A stretch of DNA of 64,000 nt from an uncultured virus (IMG/VR IMGVR_UViG_3300027969_000065) (lineage: Duplodnaviria > Heunggongvirae > Uroviricota > Caudoviricetes > Demerecviridae): the IMG/VR virus record IMGVR_UViG_3300027969_000065; one strand, 5' to 3'. Of this stretch, positions 35,301-45,287 are shown piece by piece. The position numbers and the translations under genes are program-made. The notes under the pieces were generated by a model that was not told the DNA's origin, searched no databases, and worked only from the letters and a program-made list of their open reading frames with translations. Every line of letters starts with the position of its first letter. Positions within the stretch are counted from its first letter, which is position 1.

Positions 35301-37563
35301 CAAACAACCAAGTCGTAATGACTACTCAAAGTATTTTGATTTCGAGTTTGAGCTATTCCACATGAGTTCAGTACCCGTTACAAAGTTACTAAAGAAGGAT
35401 GTAGATCTAATCGTTGATCTAGATTACTACGACTTGGTAATTTTGGTTGGGTCTGAAGCAGCCAAAGAATACGCCAAGATTACCAGTGTAACAAACTTTG
35501 CAGGTTTGCTAGTAGAAGATAAGTTTATTTGTATTAGCAATCCTGCAATGCTTGTATTCAAGCCCGAAGGCAAGCCAGACTTCGATCGTGCAGTAGCCAA
35601 GATCAAAGCCGCAGTTGCAGGAACGCTTACTAGTTCTGCTAAAACTGGCGATTTCAAGGGTATTACTAACTCCAAAGAAGCAAAAGACTTCTTGCTGGAA
35701 GTACTGAACAGCAATGCTCAAGTAGTTGCAGTAGACACCGAGACTACCAGTTTATATCCTCGTGACGGATATGTTTTAGGCGTTTCAATATCTTACAAAC
35801 GCAAGCACGGCAGGTACATTTTAACCGATGTGCTGGATCAAGAGCACATTGATTTACTGCAAGAGATTTTCAACAAGTTTCCGATTGTGTTTCACAACAT
35901 GAAGTTTGACTACAAGATGATCTACTATCATCTGGGCTTAGACTTCAATCGTGCAGCAGTACACGATACCATGGTTATGCATTATGTTCTAGATGAAACA
36001 GACTCACACGGTTTGAAGCCTCTGGCACTAAAGCACACAGACTATGGCGACTACGACACTGAGCTTGATGATTTCAAAAAGGCGTATTGCGCTCAAACAG
36101 GTATGCCTGCAGCAGATTTCACCTATGACTTGATTCCATTTGATGTTATCAGTAAGTATGCGGCAATTGATACTGCGGTAACCTTGGAGTTATACGAGAA
36201 GTTCTGGCCTATTGTACGTGCCAATCCCAAACTGCAGTGGGTTTACGAAAATCTCTTAGTACGCGGTACTTTGTTCTTGATGGACATGGAAGAAGTAGGA
36301 ATCCCTATCTGCCGTGAACGATTGGAAGCTGCGGGTACTTATCTTGACAAGTGGATCCTAGAAGCCAAAGAGCAAGTTTACGCTTTTCCTGAAGTACAGA
36401 ATTACGAGAAAGATAGCGGCAAGATCTTTAACCCTAATTCTGTACAACAACTTCGTACTGTGTTGTTTGATTATGCCAAGCTAACCCCAACAGGTAAGCT
36501 TACAAAAACAGGCGCACTGTCTACAGACGCAGAAGTACTAGACGAGTTAAGCGAGGAACACCCACTGCCAGCAGCAATCCTAAAAGTGCGGCAATTAGGT
36601 AAAATCCAAAGCTCTTATGTTAGTAAAATTTTACCGGAGTTAGATCGTGACGGGCGTATTCGTACCAATTTTAATCTTATATTTACCACTTCTGGGCGTT
36701 TGTCTAGTAGCGGCAAGTTTAACGCTCAGCAGATACCGCGAGATGATCCAATCATCAAAGGATGTATTCGAGCACTTAATGGATATAAGATAGTTTCACA
36801 AGACTTGGCAACCGCAGAAATGTACTATGCAGCCGTACTGTCCGGAGACTTAAATCTTCAGCAAGTTTTCAGCTCTGGCGGTGACTTTCACAGTACAATT
36901 GCTAAAATGGTATTCGATTTACCGTGTGCAGTTGAAGACGTAAAGAAACTATACAGCAGTATGCGGCAGTCAGCAAAAGCAATTAGTTTCGGTATTTTGT
37001 ACGGAAGCGGGCCTAAGAAAGTATCCGAGACTGTTACAAAAGCCACAGGAGAGTACTACGGTCTTGATCGTGCAAAAGATGACATTAAGTCGTACTTCAC
37101 TAAATTCAAGAAACTAAAGAATTGGCTTGACTCGCGCAAGAAGTTTATTGAGACTAATGGTTATACTTATAGTTTCTTTGGACGTAAACGCAGACTTGCC
37201 AATGTATTCTCAGAAGACAAAGGCATTGCAGCAGGAGAAGTACGCAGTGGTATTAATGCTGAAGTACAATCAATTGCAAGTGATGTAAATCTTATCGCAG
37301 CTATGAACACAGCAGACGAAATCAAAAATAAGAAGTTAGATGCTAGAATCTTTATGCTAGTACATGACTCGATCGTTGCCATAGTAAAAGATGAGCATGT
37401 AGAACAGTACTGTGAGATTGTAAAACGTAATACGCAGCAGGATCATGGATGTAGTATTGCGGGTGCTCCTATTGGAGTAGATCAAGATATTGGCCAGGAT
37501 TACAGCTTTGGGCACTTCGAAGAGTGTTATGACCTAATTAACGGGATGTTAGTAAAGAAATGA
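35278..37563 (+). CDS. polA: family A DNA polymerase with 3'-5' exonuclease
   Basis: DTET, HNMKFD, TTSGRLSS, motif A QDLATAE, motif B RQSAKAISFGILYG, motif C VHDS. Confidence 0.96.
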   Translation: MKKIVIIDKQPSRNDYSKYFDFEFELFHMSSVPVTKLLKKDVDLIVDLDYYDLVILVGSEAAKEYAKITSVTNFAGLLVEDKFICISNPAMLVFKPEGKPDFDRAVAKIKAAVAGTLTSSAKTGDFKGITNSKEAKDFLLEVLNSNAQVVAVDTETTSLYPRDGYVLGVSISYKRKHGRYILTDVLDQEHIDLLQEIFNKFPIVFHNMKFDYKMIYYHLGLDFNRAAVHDTMVMHYVLDETDSHGLKPLALKHTDYGDYDTELDDFKKAYCAQTGMPAADFTYDLIPFDVISKYAAIDTAVTLELYEKFWPIVRANPKLQWVYENLLVRGTLFLMDMEEVGIPICRERLEAAGTYLDKWILEAKEQVYAFPEVQNYEKDSGKIFNPNSVQQLRTVLFDYAKLTPTGKLTKTGALSTDAEVLDELSEEHPLPAAILKVRQLGKIQSSYVSKILPELDRDGRIRTNFNLIFTTSGRLSSSGKFNAQQIPRDDPIIKGCIRALNGYKIVSQDLATAEMYYAAVLSGDLNLQQVFSSGGDFHSTIAKMVFDLPCAVEDVKKLYSSMRQSAKAISFGILYGSGPKKVSETVTKATGEYYGLDRAKDDIKSYFTKFKKLKNWLDSRKKFIETNGYTYSFFGRKRRLANVFSEDKGIAAGEVRSGINAEVQSIASDVNLIAAMNTADEIKNKKLDARIFMLVHDSIVAIVKDEHVEQYCEIVKRNTQQDHGCSIAGAPIGVDQDIGQDYSFGHFEECYDLINGMLVKK

Positions 37564-38099
37564 ATACAGTAGCCTTAGACAATATTTCGTTTCCAGTCTA
37601 CCGACTAGGAGTGAACAAACCACAAACAGTGGATAAAGTTACCTTTTTCCTTATGGGAAAAGACACTGATTACTCTGATGCAGAGTATAAACTGTTAATA
37701 GTAGACGACAAAAGTGTAGAAGGAGACACGCTTGCAAAACGCAGACTGCGTTTAACGTCAAATAAAGTAACTTTATATAGTCTGTCTAGGGCTATCTTTT
37801 TCTTAGGCGATCTAATCAAATTAGCTAAAAGTAAAGTTTGGTTTATAGATGCAGATGGTCTAGTTTTTAATTTAAAAAAGACTAAAATGGTACCACTAGT
37901 ATTCAAGCGTATTAGTAAAGTGATCCACATCCCCACAGGAGGTGCAATCATTGAGGTCGAAGGCCTAGCCGCACGCTTTAAAACCTTGTTTGCGCCTACC
38001 ATCGAACAGAAATATGCAGCCCTGTTAGTGGATGGCAAAAGCCACATACTATATGGACTTTACGAGCAAAAATACAGCGACACACGACGATCAATATGA
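37560..38099 (+). CDS. conserved T5-like hypothetical protein
   Basis: Between polymerase and D10 as in T5; VDDK..EG..L..RRL. Confidence 0.7.
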   Translation: MNTVALDNISFPVYRLGVNKPQTVDKVTFFLMGKDTDYSDAEYKLLIVDDKSVEGDTLAKRRLRLTSNKVTLYSLSRAIFFLGDLIKLAKSKVWFIDADGLVFNLKKTKMVPLVFKRISKVIHIPTGGAIIEVEGLAARFKTLFAPTIEQKYAALLVDGKSHILYGLYEQKYSDTRRSI

Positions 38100-39394
38100 G
38101 CACAGCAATCTTAAGCAACAGAATATACTTTAAACCAAATGACAATGATGAACTCAAAGACATAATCAACAAACTAACTTACCGCATTGAATCTAAATCG
38201 GGTCAGCGTGGTAAATTTAAGAACATTGAAATTATTAAGAACTACAAACTGTTGCCTAACAATATTGTTTCCATACCGCAGGGACGTATAGATCTAGTAC
38301 CTGCTGGACTAGAGATAGTTGACAAACGGGTTTATAATGAGGTACCCTTTCCATTACCTAAATTTGGTCTAAGAGAAGGGCAACAAGCTGTATACGATGA
38401 GGTAACTGATACATGTTTTATAAATGCTTTGGTTGGTTGGGGAAAGACTTTTACTGCGTTACATCTAGCACGCAAGCTAGGGCAGAAAACCTTAGTGGTA
38501 ACGCATACAACAATGCTCAGAGATCAATGGATCGACGAAATCCGCGCGCTATTTGGTATGGAGCCTGGGGTCATTGGCTCTGGAAAGTTTGATATCGAAG
38601 ACCATGCCATAGTAGTTGGCAACGTACAAACTGTAACAAAACTAATGCCGAGTATCTGTAAAGAATTTGGCACTGTAATATTAGATGAGGCTCATCATGT
38701 TCCTGCTACGACTTTTTCTTCAATTATTGACGGTATGTACTGCCGGTATCGTATTGCTCTTAGCGGTACCATGCTTCGTACTGATGGCAAGCACGTGGTT
38801 TTTATGGATTACTTTGGCAAAGATATTTATCGTCCTCCTCAAAGCCATACACTCGATCCACTAGTAAAGATTATTCAAACAGGCATTCACCTTCCCACAG
38901 GAGAGACATGGGCTAAAAAGATTAATGCTTTGCTGTACGATGAAGATTATCAACAGTTTGTCGCAGCATTAGCTTTAACTCAAATCGACAAAGGCCACTG
39001 TGTATTAGTTGTGGCCGATCGTGTAGAATTTCTAAATAAAATCAAGGATTACATTGGCTCAAATTGCATACTTATTACAGGCGAAACCGAATACGAGGAG
39101 CGAAAAGCACTCATCGAACAAGTTGAAAACGGAAAAAAGATGTGCGTTGCTGGTAGCCGACAAATCTTCTCAGAAGGCATCTCAATAAACCGACTGAGTT
39201 GTGTTATTTTAGCAGTGCCAACTTCAAACCCAATTTCACTAGAACAGATTATTGGTAGAATTATGCGACTGCATCCTGATAAATTAGATCCTGTTGTATT
39301 GGATCTTAACTTCAGCAGCGGTCCTGAGCGCAGACAGAACGGAGCTAGGCTTGCGTTCTATGCTAGTAAAGGATGGGAAATTGAAATGCATTAA
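38096..39394 (+). CDS. SF2 helicase (T5 D10/UvsW-like)
   Basis: GWGKT, DEAHH, LSGT, EGIS, QIIGRIMR. Confidence 0.92.
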   Translation: MSTAILSNRIYFKPNDNDELKDIINKLTYRIESKSGQRGKFKNIEIIKNYKLLPNNIVSIPQGRIDLVPAGLEIVDKRVYNEVPFPLPKFGLREGQQAVYDEVTDTCFINALVGWGKTFTALHLARKLGQKTLVVTHTTMLRDQWIDEIRALFGMEPGVIGSGKFDIEDHAIVVGNVQTVTKLMPSICKEFGTVILDEAHHVPATTFSSIIDGMYCRYRIALSGTMLRTDGKHVVFMDYFGKDIYRPPQSHTLDPLVKIIQTGIHLPTGETWAKKINALLYDEDYQQFVAALALTQIDKGHCVLVVADRVEFLNKIKDYIGSNCILITGETEYEERKALIEQVENGKKMCVAGSRQIFSEGISINRLSCVILAVPTSNPISLEQIIGRIMRLHPDKLDPVVLDLNFSSGPERRQNGARLAFYASKGWEIEMH

Positions 39395-39454
39395 TAAATT
39401 TAGAGTTGCGCACGGAGTGCCAAACTGCTATAATATTCTTTAGAAAGTCGAGAT

Positions 39455-39871
39455 ATGGGTTTATTCTTCAATTTAACTAATTTAGAAAAGGAAGCAGCAA
39501 ACGACCCTGTCAAGTTTCTGGCTGTATTAGAGTATCATTACAGAGGGTCTATTCCCGTCAGTGCAAAATCTAAATACAAACCAAGTAAACTACCGTTGAA
39601 AGGCTATAGTTTTATACTAAATCCAGAACCTATTTTCAATATCCATAACATAGATATTAACTACTTGGTTCAATATATAAAATTAGCCGGAATGCGTGAT
39701 TGGGCTCTTTACAAAACACATAAATTAATAACGCTCGATATATCTTTCTTTCCAGACTTAAACCTGGCTAAGATAAAATCAAATCCAATACTTAATGTAT
39801 TAAATAAACAAATACTTTTCAAATACGAGGAATTATATAATGGCACTAGCTTTCAATTCAACCAAAGGTAA
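39455..39871 (+). CDS. conserved T5-like hypothetical protein
   Basis: Between D10 and D11; promoter at 39406-39434. Confidence 0.65.
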   Translation: MGLFFNLTNLEKEAANDPVKFLAVLEYHYRGSIPVSAKSKYKPSKLPLKGYSFILNPEPIFNIHNIDINYLVQYIKLAGMRDWALYKTHKLITLDISFFPDLNLAKIKSNPILNVLNKQILFKYEELYNGTSFQFNQR

Positions 39872-40478
39872 AGCAGTTAAGAAGTCAGTTGAGTCATACA
39901 CTTACAAAGACGGCGACAATACGCTGCGTCTAATCGGCGGCGTTCTGCCACGATATGTGTACTGGGTCAAAGGCACAAACAACAAGGATATTCCACTAGA
40001 GTGTCTAGCATTTGATCGTGAAAAAGAAAAATTTACAAATGCCGAAGTAGACCACGTTCCCAGTGTATTTCCAGACAAAAAGTGTTCTTGGGCTTATTCT
40101 ATTAACTGTATCGACCCTAGCGATGGCAAAGTCAAGGCGCTTAATCTCAAGAAGAAACTCTTTGAGCAGATTCTTACTGCTGCTGAAGATCTGGGTGATC
40201 CTACTGATCTGGATACTGGCTGGGATGTAGTCTTCAAGCGTGTTAAGACCGGGCCGTTGCCATTCAATGTAGAGTACACGCTTTCAGTTCTAAAGTGCAA
40301 AAAGCGCAAGTTAAGTGCCGACGAGCGTGCTGTAGCTGAAAAAGCTGAAGACATTGACAGCAAGTTTATTCGTCCAACTTCCGATGAAATCAAAGCAGCA
40401 CTAGATAAAATTCTTGCAGGTGCTGATGAGGCAATTGATGAATCTCAAGATGGTGAAGCAGTCAAGGAACTAGGCTAA
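39840..40478 (+). CDS. T5 D11-like single-stranded DNA-binding protein
   Basis: GVLPRYVYW, ECL.FDREKE.F, KTGP.PFNVEY, acidic tail. Confidence 0.85.
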   Translation: MALAFNSTKGKAVKKSVESYTYKDGDNTLRLIGGVLPRYVYWVKGTNNKDIPLECLAFDREKEKFTNAEVDHVPSVFPDKKCSWAYSINCIDPSDGKVKALNLKKKLFEQILTAAEDLGDPTDLDTGWDVVFKRVKTGPLPFNVEYTLSVLKCKKRKLSADERAVAEKAEDIDSKFIRPTSDEIKAALDKILAGADEAIDESQDGEAVKELG

Positions 40479-40480
40479 AG

Positions 40481-40516
40481 AAAAGCCCCCAGAAATAAAT
40501 ACTCTGGGGGCTTTTT
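40481..40516 (+). terminator. intrinsic terminator
   Basis: GCCCCCAGA...TCTGGGGGC followed by TTTTT. Confidence 0.8.
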
Positions 40517-40530
40517 GTTCTGGAGAACAA

Positions 40531-41487
40531 ATGAAAGTACTATTCACAGCAGATATTCACTATAAACTAGGACAGAAACACGTACCTGTTGAGTGGGCTA
40601 AGAACCGCTATAAACTGTTTCAAGATCAACTAGTTGATGTATGTGCACAAGCAAATCTTTTAATCATTGGCGGAGATATTTGGGATAAGTATCCCAGCGC
40701 AGATGAACTAGAGTTATATTTCAATTTAGTAAAAGTTATCCCAATTAAGACATTCGTATACAGTGGTAATCATGAATCTACTACTAAACACGGTACATTC
40801 TTTACTAATTTCAAAGATGTAACTAACTGGATCAATCCTTTAGTAGAAGTTATTGACGAATATTATAGTTATGAAAACATTGATTTTATACCTTATAATA
40901 AACTAAAACATTATGAAAAAGACGGGCATAAATTCTCTGGAACTGTGCTTTGTACTCATGTCAGAGGAGAAATTCCTCCACATGTTAAACCAGAGGTAGA
41001 CTTGTCTATCTTTGATAAATGGCAAGTTGTTTTAGCTGGTGATCTACACTCTTATGAAAACTCGCAAAGAAATATTCTTTATCCTGGGTCTCCTCTTACT
41101 ACTAGTTTCCACAGGCATAATGTGGATACAGGTATTGTGTTGTTTGACACTGACAGTATGTCTCATCAACACATAAACTTAAAATTACCTCAACTTATCA
41201 GAAAAACTATTAAAGCCGGAGAGCCTATGCCTCCCACAGAATACGATCATACAATCTACGAGATTGAAGGTGATATGTCTGAGTTGGGGGCATTGGCAGA
41301 TAGTGATTTGATTGACAAAAAGATTATCAAACGAGACTCAGACACTACATTGATCCTAGCCCCAGATTTAACTCTGGAAGAAGAAGTCAACGAATATCTA
41401 AGATACGTGCTACAACTAAGCGATAGTGCGGTCGAAGATGCCTTACAGGAATTAAATAATTATGCAAATGAGCTTATTAAAAACTAG
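40531..41487 (+). CDS. Mre11/SbcD-like nuclease (T5 D12)
   Basis: ADIH, GGD, GNHE, GDLH, YPGSP. Confidence 0.9.
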   Translation: MKVLFTADIHYKLGQKHVPVEWAKNRYKLFQDQLVDVCAQANLLIIGGDIWDKYPSADELELYFNLVKVIPIKTFVYSGNHESTTKHGTFFTNFKDVTNWINPLVEVIDEYYSYENIDFIPYNKLKHYEKDGHKFSGTVLCTHVRGEIPPHVKPEVDLSIFDKWQVVLAGDLHSYENSQRNILYPGSPLTTSFHRHNVDTGIVLFDTDSMSHQHINLKLPQLIRKTIKAGEPMPPTEYDHTIYEIEGDMSELGALADSDLIDKKIIKRDSDTTLILAPDLTLEEEVNEYLRYVLQLSDSAVEDALQELNNYANELIKN

Positions 41488-41710
41488 TATAGTATATAGC
41501 CAAGATTATTGCGCTGCGTGTACTGCTGCCAAACGCCTTTTACAATTAAAAGGATACGAGGTAGAAGAACGTAAAATCGGCAGTGAGCATAAATGGACTA
41601 AAAAAGACTTATTAGATGCAGTGCCCAATGCCAAATCTGTGCCGCAGGTATTTATCAACGGCGAGTATGTAGGTGGATTCAATGAGCTGTCTGCTTATCT
41701 ACAAAAATGA
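41462..41710 (+). CDS. glutaredoxin
   Basis: CAAC, SVPQVFINGEYVGGF. Confidence 0.88.
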   Translation: MQMSLLKTSIVYSQDYCAACTAAKRLLQLKGYEVEERKIGSEHKWTKKDLLDAVPNAKSVPQVFINGEYVGGFNELSAYLQK

Positions 41711-43497
41711 TTACAATTAAAAAGTTACGCTGGAGTAACTTATTTTCGTATGGCGTAGACAATGAGATAGATTTCAGCGCAAATGCTCTTACTCAGATTG
41801 TAGGTAAAAACGGTCATGGTAAGAGTAGTATTGCTCTAATCTTAGAAGAAGCCTTATACAATAAGAATTCCAAAGGCATAAAGAAAGCAGATATTCTAAA
41901 TCGTAACAGTAGCGCTAAAAGCTACTCTATTGATTTAGAATTCAATAAAGACGGCGTTGACTATCGTATTAAAACTAATCGTGGTAATACTCAGACTGTA
42001 AAATTATACAAAGAAGATGTAGATATTAGCGCGCATACTGCTACTAATACTTATAAGCTCATAGAAGAATTAATAGGCTACGATCACAAAACTTTTGCAC
42101 AGATTGTATATCAAAGCAGTGCAGCTAGTCTTGAGTTTTTAACTGCCACAGACTCTAATCGTAAAAAGTTTCTTATCGATTTACTCAGCTTATCCCGGTA
42201 TGTAGAAGCAGCCGAAATATTCAAAGCGGCTACCAAAGAAGTCAATGAGCAAGTAACCGTCTACAGTACTAAAGCCGCCAGTGCTGAAGCTTGGATAGCC
42301 AAATATACTAAAACTCCTTTAGTAGAAAAACCATTTAAAGTAGTTCCTGATCTTCCAACTGAGTACATTCAGGAAGTCACAGAAGCAAAAGAAAATATCA
42401 AGGATATTGAAGCCTTAAACAAGAAAGTTATTCAGAACAACAAGTACAAAGAGCTTCGTGATGCTATAAACCTAGAACCAGCAGGCATTAAACCTGAATC
42501 TACTAAACTTCTAGATACAACGCTAATAGAACACAATTCTACGGTTAAAAACGCAGATGCTTTTATCCTAAAAATGAAGAAACTAGGGGCTTCCTGCCCT
42601 ACGTGTCTACAGGATATTGATGCTGATAAAGTTGCAACAATTATCTCAGATCAAACAGCTGTGAAACTGGCTGCTCAAAAAAGTGCCGAGAGTATATCTA
42701 CAAAGATTGCTGCACTTGAAGCAGCTTTGGCCAATTGGGAAAAGAAAAATACTAGTAAAGAACTATATGAAGAATATCATGGTCTTTATAATCCTGAGTT
42801 AACTGAAGAATTACTGAACAAAGACGACCTGCAAGCACTTATCACACAGCATGAAGCTACCATAACCCGAGTAAATAAAGCAATCAAAGATGCCACAGAG
42901 CACAACAACGCCGCATTGGCTCACAATGCCAAAGTTGAGTTAGTTAAAACTCAGATGCAAGAAATGCAAGACGAACTAGAAGCTCATCGTAGTGAACTAG
43001 CAGAAGTATCTTCGAGACTAAGTACTTTGCAAGTTTTGGTCAAGACTTTTAGTTCTACAGGTCTAGTAGCCTATAAGATCGAGTGTTTAATCAAAGATCT
43101 AGAAGAAACTACTAATAAATATCTTGCAGAACTTTCATCTGGTAGGTTCCAAATCAGTTTTAAGATTGCTGCATCTGATAAACTCAATGTAGTTATCACA
43201 GACAATGGCAAAGATATTGATATCATTGCACTCAGCGGCGGAGAGCGTGCGCGCGTAAATGCAGCAGCATTGCTGGGGATTCGCAAACTTATGCAAAGTC
43301 TTAGTAATTCAAGAATTAACTTGCTTATCCTAGACGAAACAATCGAGAATCTAGACACAGAAGGCAAAGAGAAGCTGGTAGAAGTTCTACTGGCAGAAGA
43401 ACACTTAAATACATTTGTAATAAGTCATGGTTTTAGCCATCCATTATTAGAAAAGATTCAAGTAATTAAAACTAAGAATGTATCAAGGATCGAATAA
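41707..43497 (+). CDS. Rad50/SbcC-like ATPase (T5 D13)
   Basis: GKNGHGKS, CPTC hook, LSGGE, LLILDE, ISH. Confidence 0.93.
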   Translation: MITIKKLRWSNLFSYGVDNEIDFSANALTQIVGKNGHGKSSIALILEEALYNKNSKGIKKADILNRNSSAKSYSIDLEFNKDGVDYRIKTNRGNTQTVKLYKEDVDISAHTATNTYKLIEELIGYDHKTFAQIVYQSSAASLEFLTATDSNRKKFLIDLLSLSRYVEAAEIFKAATKEVNEQVTVYSTKAASAEAWIAKYTKTPLVEKPFKVVPDLPTEYIQEVTEAKENIKDIEALNKKVIQNNKYKELRDAINLEPAGIKPESTKLLDTTLIEHNSTVKNADAFILKMKKLGASCPTCLQDIDADKVATIISDQTAVKLAAQKSAESISTKIAALEAALANWEKKNTSKELYEEYHGLYNPELTEELLNKDDLQALITQHEATITRVNKAIKDATEHNNAALAHNAKVELVKTQMQEMQDELEAHRSELAEVSSRLSTLQVLVKTFSSTGLVAYKIECLIKDLEETTNKYLAELSSGRFQISFKIAASDKLNVVITDNGKDIDIIALSGGERARVNAAALLGIRKLMQSLSNSRINLLILDETIENLDTEGKEKLVEVLLAEEHLNTFVISHGFSHPLLEKIQVIKTKNVSRIE

Positions 43498-43949
43498 TGG
43501 TAGATAGTAGAGACAAAGGAGCTAGAGCAGAATCAGTTATTAGAGATGTGCTGAGAAAAGCCACAGGATTAAATTGGGAACGTACTCCGGGTTCGGGTGC
43601 TCTTAATGAGAAACACGGACTAAAAGGAGATTTATACGTACCCAACGAGAAGAATCTTTATTGTGTAGAAGTAAAGCACTATAAGGACGATCATGTCAAC
43701 AGTGGACTATTAACCAATAAGAATCCTCAACTTATTGAGTGGTGGAAACAAGCTGTACGTCAAGGAATTCAGGTTAATAAAGCGCCAATTTTGATCTTTA
43801 AACACGATCGTAGTAAAGTATTTGTGGCGTTTACTGAAATACCTTCTGCAGACTACAGGCACATGCTGATACACGTTGATGAGCACGAGTTCTTTGTGTC
43901 TTTACTAGAAGATTATCTTGCAAATGAAAAACCAAAATTCATAGCTTGA
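43497..43949 (+). CDS. T5 D14-like PD-(D/E)xK nuclease / Holliday junction resolvase
   Basis: SRDKGARAE, WERTPGSGA, GD, EVK. Confidence 0.82.
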   Translation: MVDSRDKGARAESVIRDVLRKATGLNWERTPGSGALNEKHGLKGDLYVPNEKNLYCVEVKHYKDDHVNSGLLTNKNPQLIEWWKQAVRQGIQVNKAPILIFKHDRSKVFVAFTEIPSADYRHMLIHVDEHEFFVSLLEDYLANEKPKFIA

Positions 43950-43999
43950 CTTTCTTCGCTATTATTGTTATAATAATCATTCTTAAATAAAATATATCT

Positions 44000-44863
44000 A
44001 TGGCTAAAACATTTTCAAGTATTACAGAATTGAACCCACGTACTGTAATGGTCGTAGATTCTCTTAATCTAGCCTTTCGCTGGAAACATTCCGGAGATTT
44101 AAGTTTTCTAGAATCTTATATGCGTACCGTAGATAGTCTACGCAAGTCCTACGGTGCAGGTAAAGTAGTTATGACTTGTGATTCAGGTGCCAGTAGTTAT
44201 CGTAAAGCTATTTATCCTGAGTACAAACAAAATCGCAAAGACAAGCATGCCTTGCAGACTCCTGAAGAACAAAAAGAGTTTGAGCTTTTCTTTGAGGAAT
44301 TCAACCGAGTAATGGAATCGTACCAAGAGTCAACTGATTTTCCAGTATTTCGATTTGATAAAACAGAAGCTGATGATATTGCAGCGTATATCGTAAAGAA
44401 TAAGAAGAAGTTTGAAATAGACCAGATTTGGTTGATTAGCTCTGACCGTGATTGGAATTTACTAATAGATGACGGTGTAAGTCAATTCTCTTATGTTACG
44501 CGCAAAGAGTTTACTGTAGATAATTGGGCAGAGCACTATGACTTTACTAGAGAAGAGTACATTAGTATTAAATGTTTGCAAGGTGATTCTGGTGATAATG
44601 TGCTTGGAGTTCCTGGTGTGGGCCCTAAGAAAGCTCTAGACTTAGTACGCGAATACGGTACTACTTACGATATTATAGCCAGTTTGCCTATTAGCAGTAA
44701 ATACAAATATATTCAGAATCTAAACGCATTTGGTGCTGATAACCTAATGCTTAACTATAAACTAATGGACTTGCTGGAGTTCTGTGACGAGGCAATCGGC
44801 CCAGAAAATTGCAAAAAAGTCAACCATGTTTTGGAGAACTATCTTAATGGAATTACAAACTAA
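44000..44863 (+). CDS. 5'-3' exonuclease / flap endonuclease (T5 D15)
   Basis: DSLNLAFR, YR..IYPEYK.NR, EADD, SSDRD, GDSGDNV.GVPGVG.K. Confidence 0.93.
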   Translation: MAKTFSSITELNPRTVMVVDSLNLAFRWKHSGDLSFLESYMRTVDSLRKSYGAGKVVMTCDSGASSYRKAIYPEYKQNRKDKHALQTPEEQKEFELFFEEFNRVMESYQESTDFPVFRFDKTEADDIAAYIVKNKKKFEIDQIWLISSDRDWNLLIDDGVSQFSYVTRKEFTVDNWAEHYDFTREEYISIKCLQGDSGDNVLGVPGVGPKKALDLVREYGTTYDIIASLPISSKYKYIQNLNAFGADNLMLNYKLMDLLEFCDEAIGPENCKKVNHVLENYLNGITN

Positions 44864-45287
44864 AGTCACGGATACGGCATGTTTGCCTACCCGTGCTAAT
44901 CCCACAGACGCGGGTTTAGATCTACGTTCAACTATCGCATACACTTTACAGCCTGGTGAAACAAAACTTTTTGATACAGGAGTAGCCTTCAAAATTCCAG
45001 AGGGCTTTGCGGGCTTTGTTTTCGCAAGGAGCGGAATGGGGAAACACGATGTTAGTCCGGCTAATTGCGTCGGAGTAATTGATTCATCTTACAGAGGAAA
45101 TATAAAAATTAATTTGCGAAATTACAGTATATATAATGTATATATTGTTGAACGCTATGATCGCATCGGGCAAATTGTGATTATGCCTATTGCACTACCA
45201 ACACTACAAGTAGTAAGCATGTCAGACCAAGATTGGTTAGATACTGATCGCGGAGCTGATGGATTTGGATCAACAGGAACTAAATAA
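44847..45287 (+). CDS. dut: dUTPase
   Basis: DAGLDL, RSG, GVIDSSYRG, RIGQ, RGADGFGSTG. Confidence 0.95.
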   Translation: MELQTKVTDTACLPTRANPTDAGLDLRSTIAYTLQPGETKLFDTGVAFKIPEGFAGFVFARSGMGKHDVSPANCVGVIDSSYRGNIKINLRNYSIYNVYIVERYDRIGQIVIMPIALPTLQVVSMSDQDWLDTDRGADGFGSTGTK

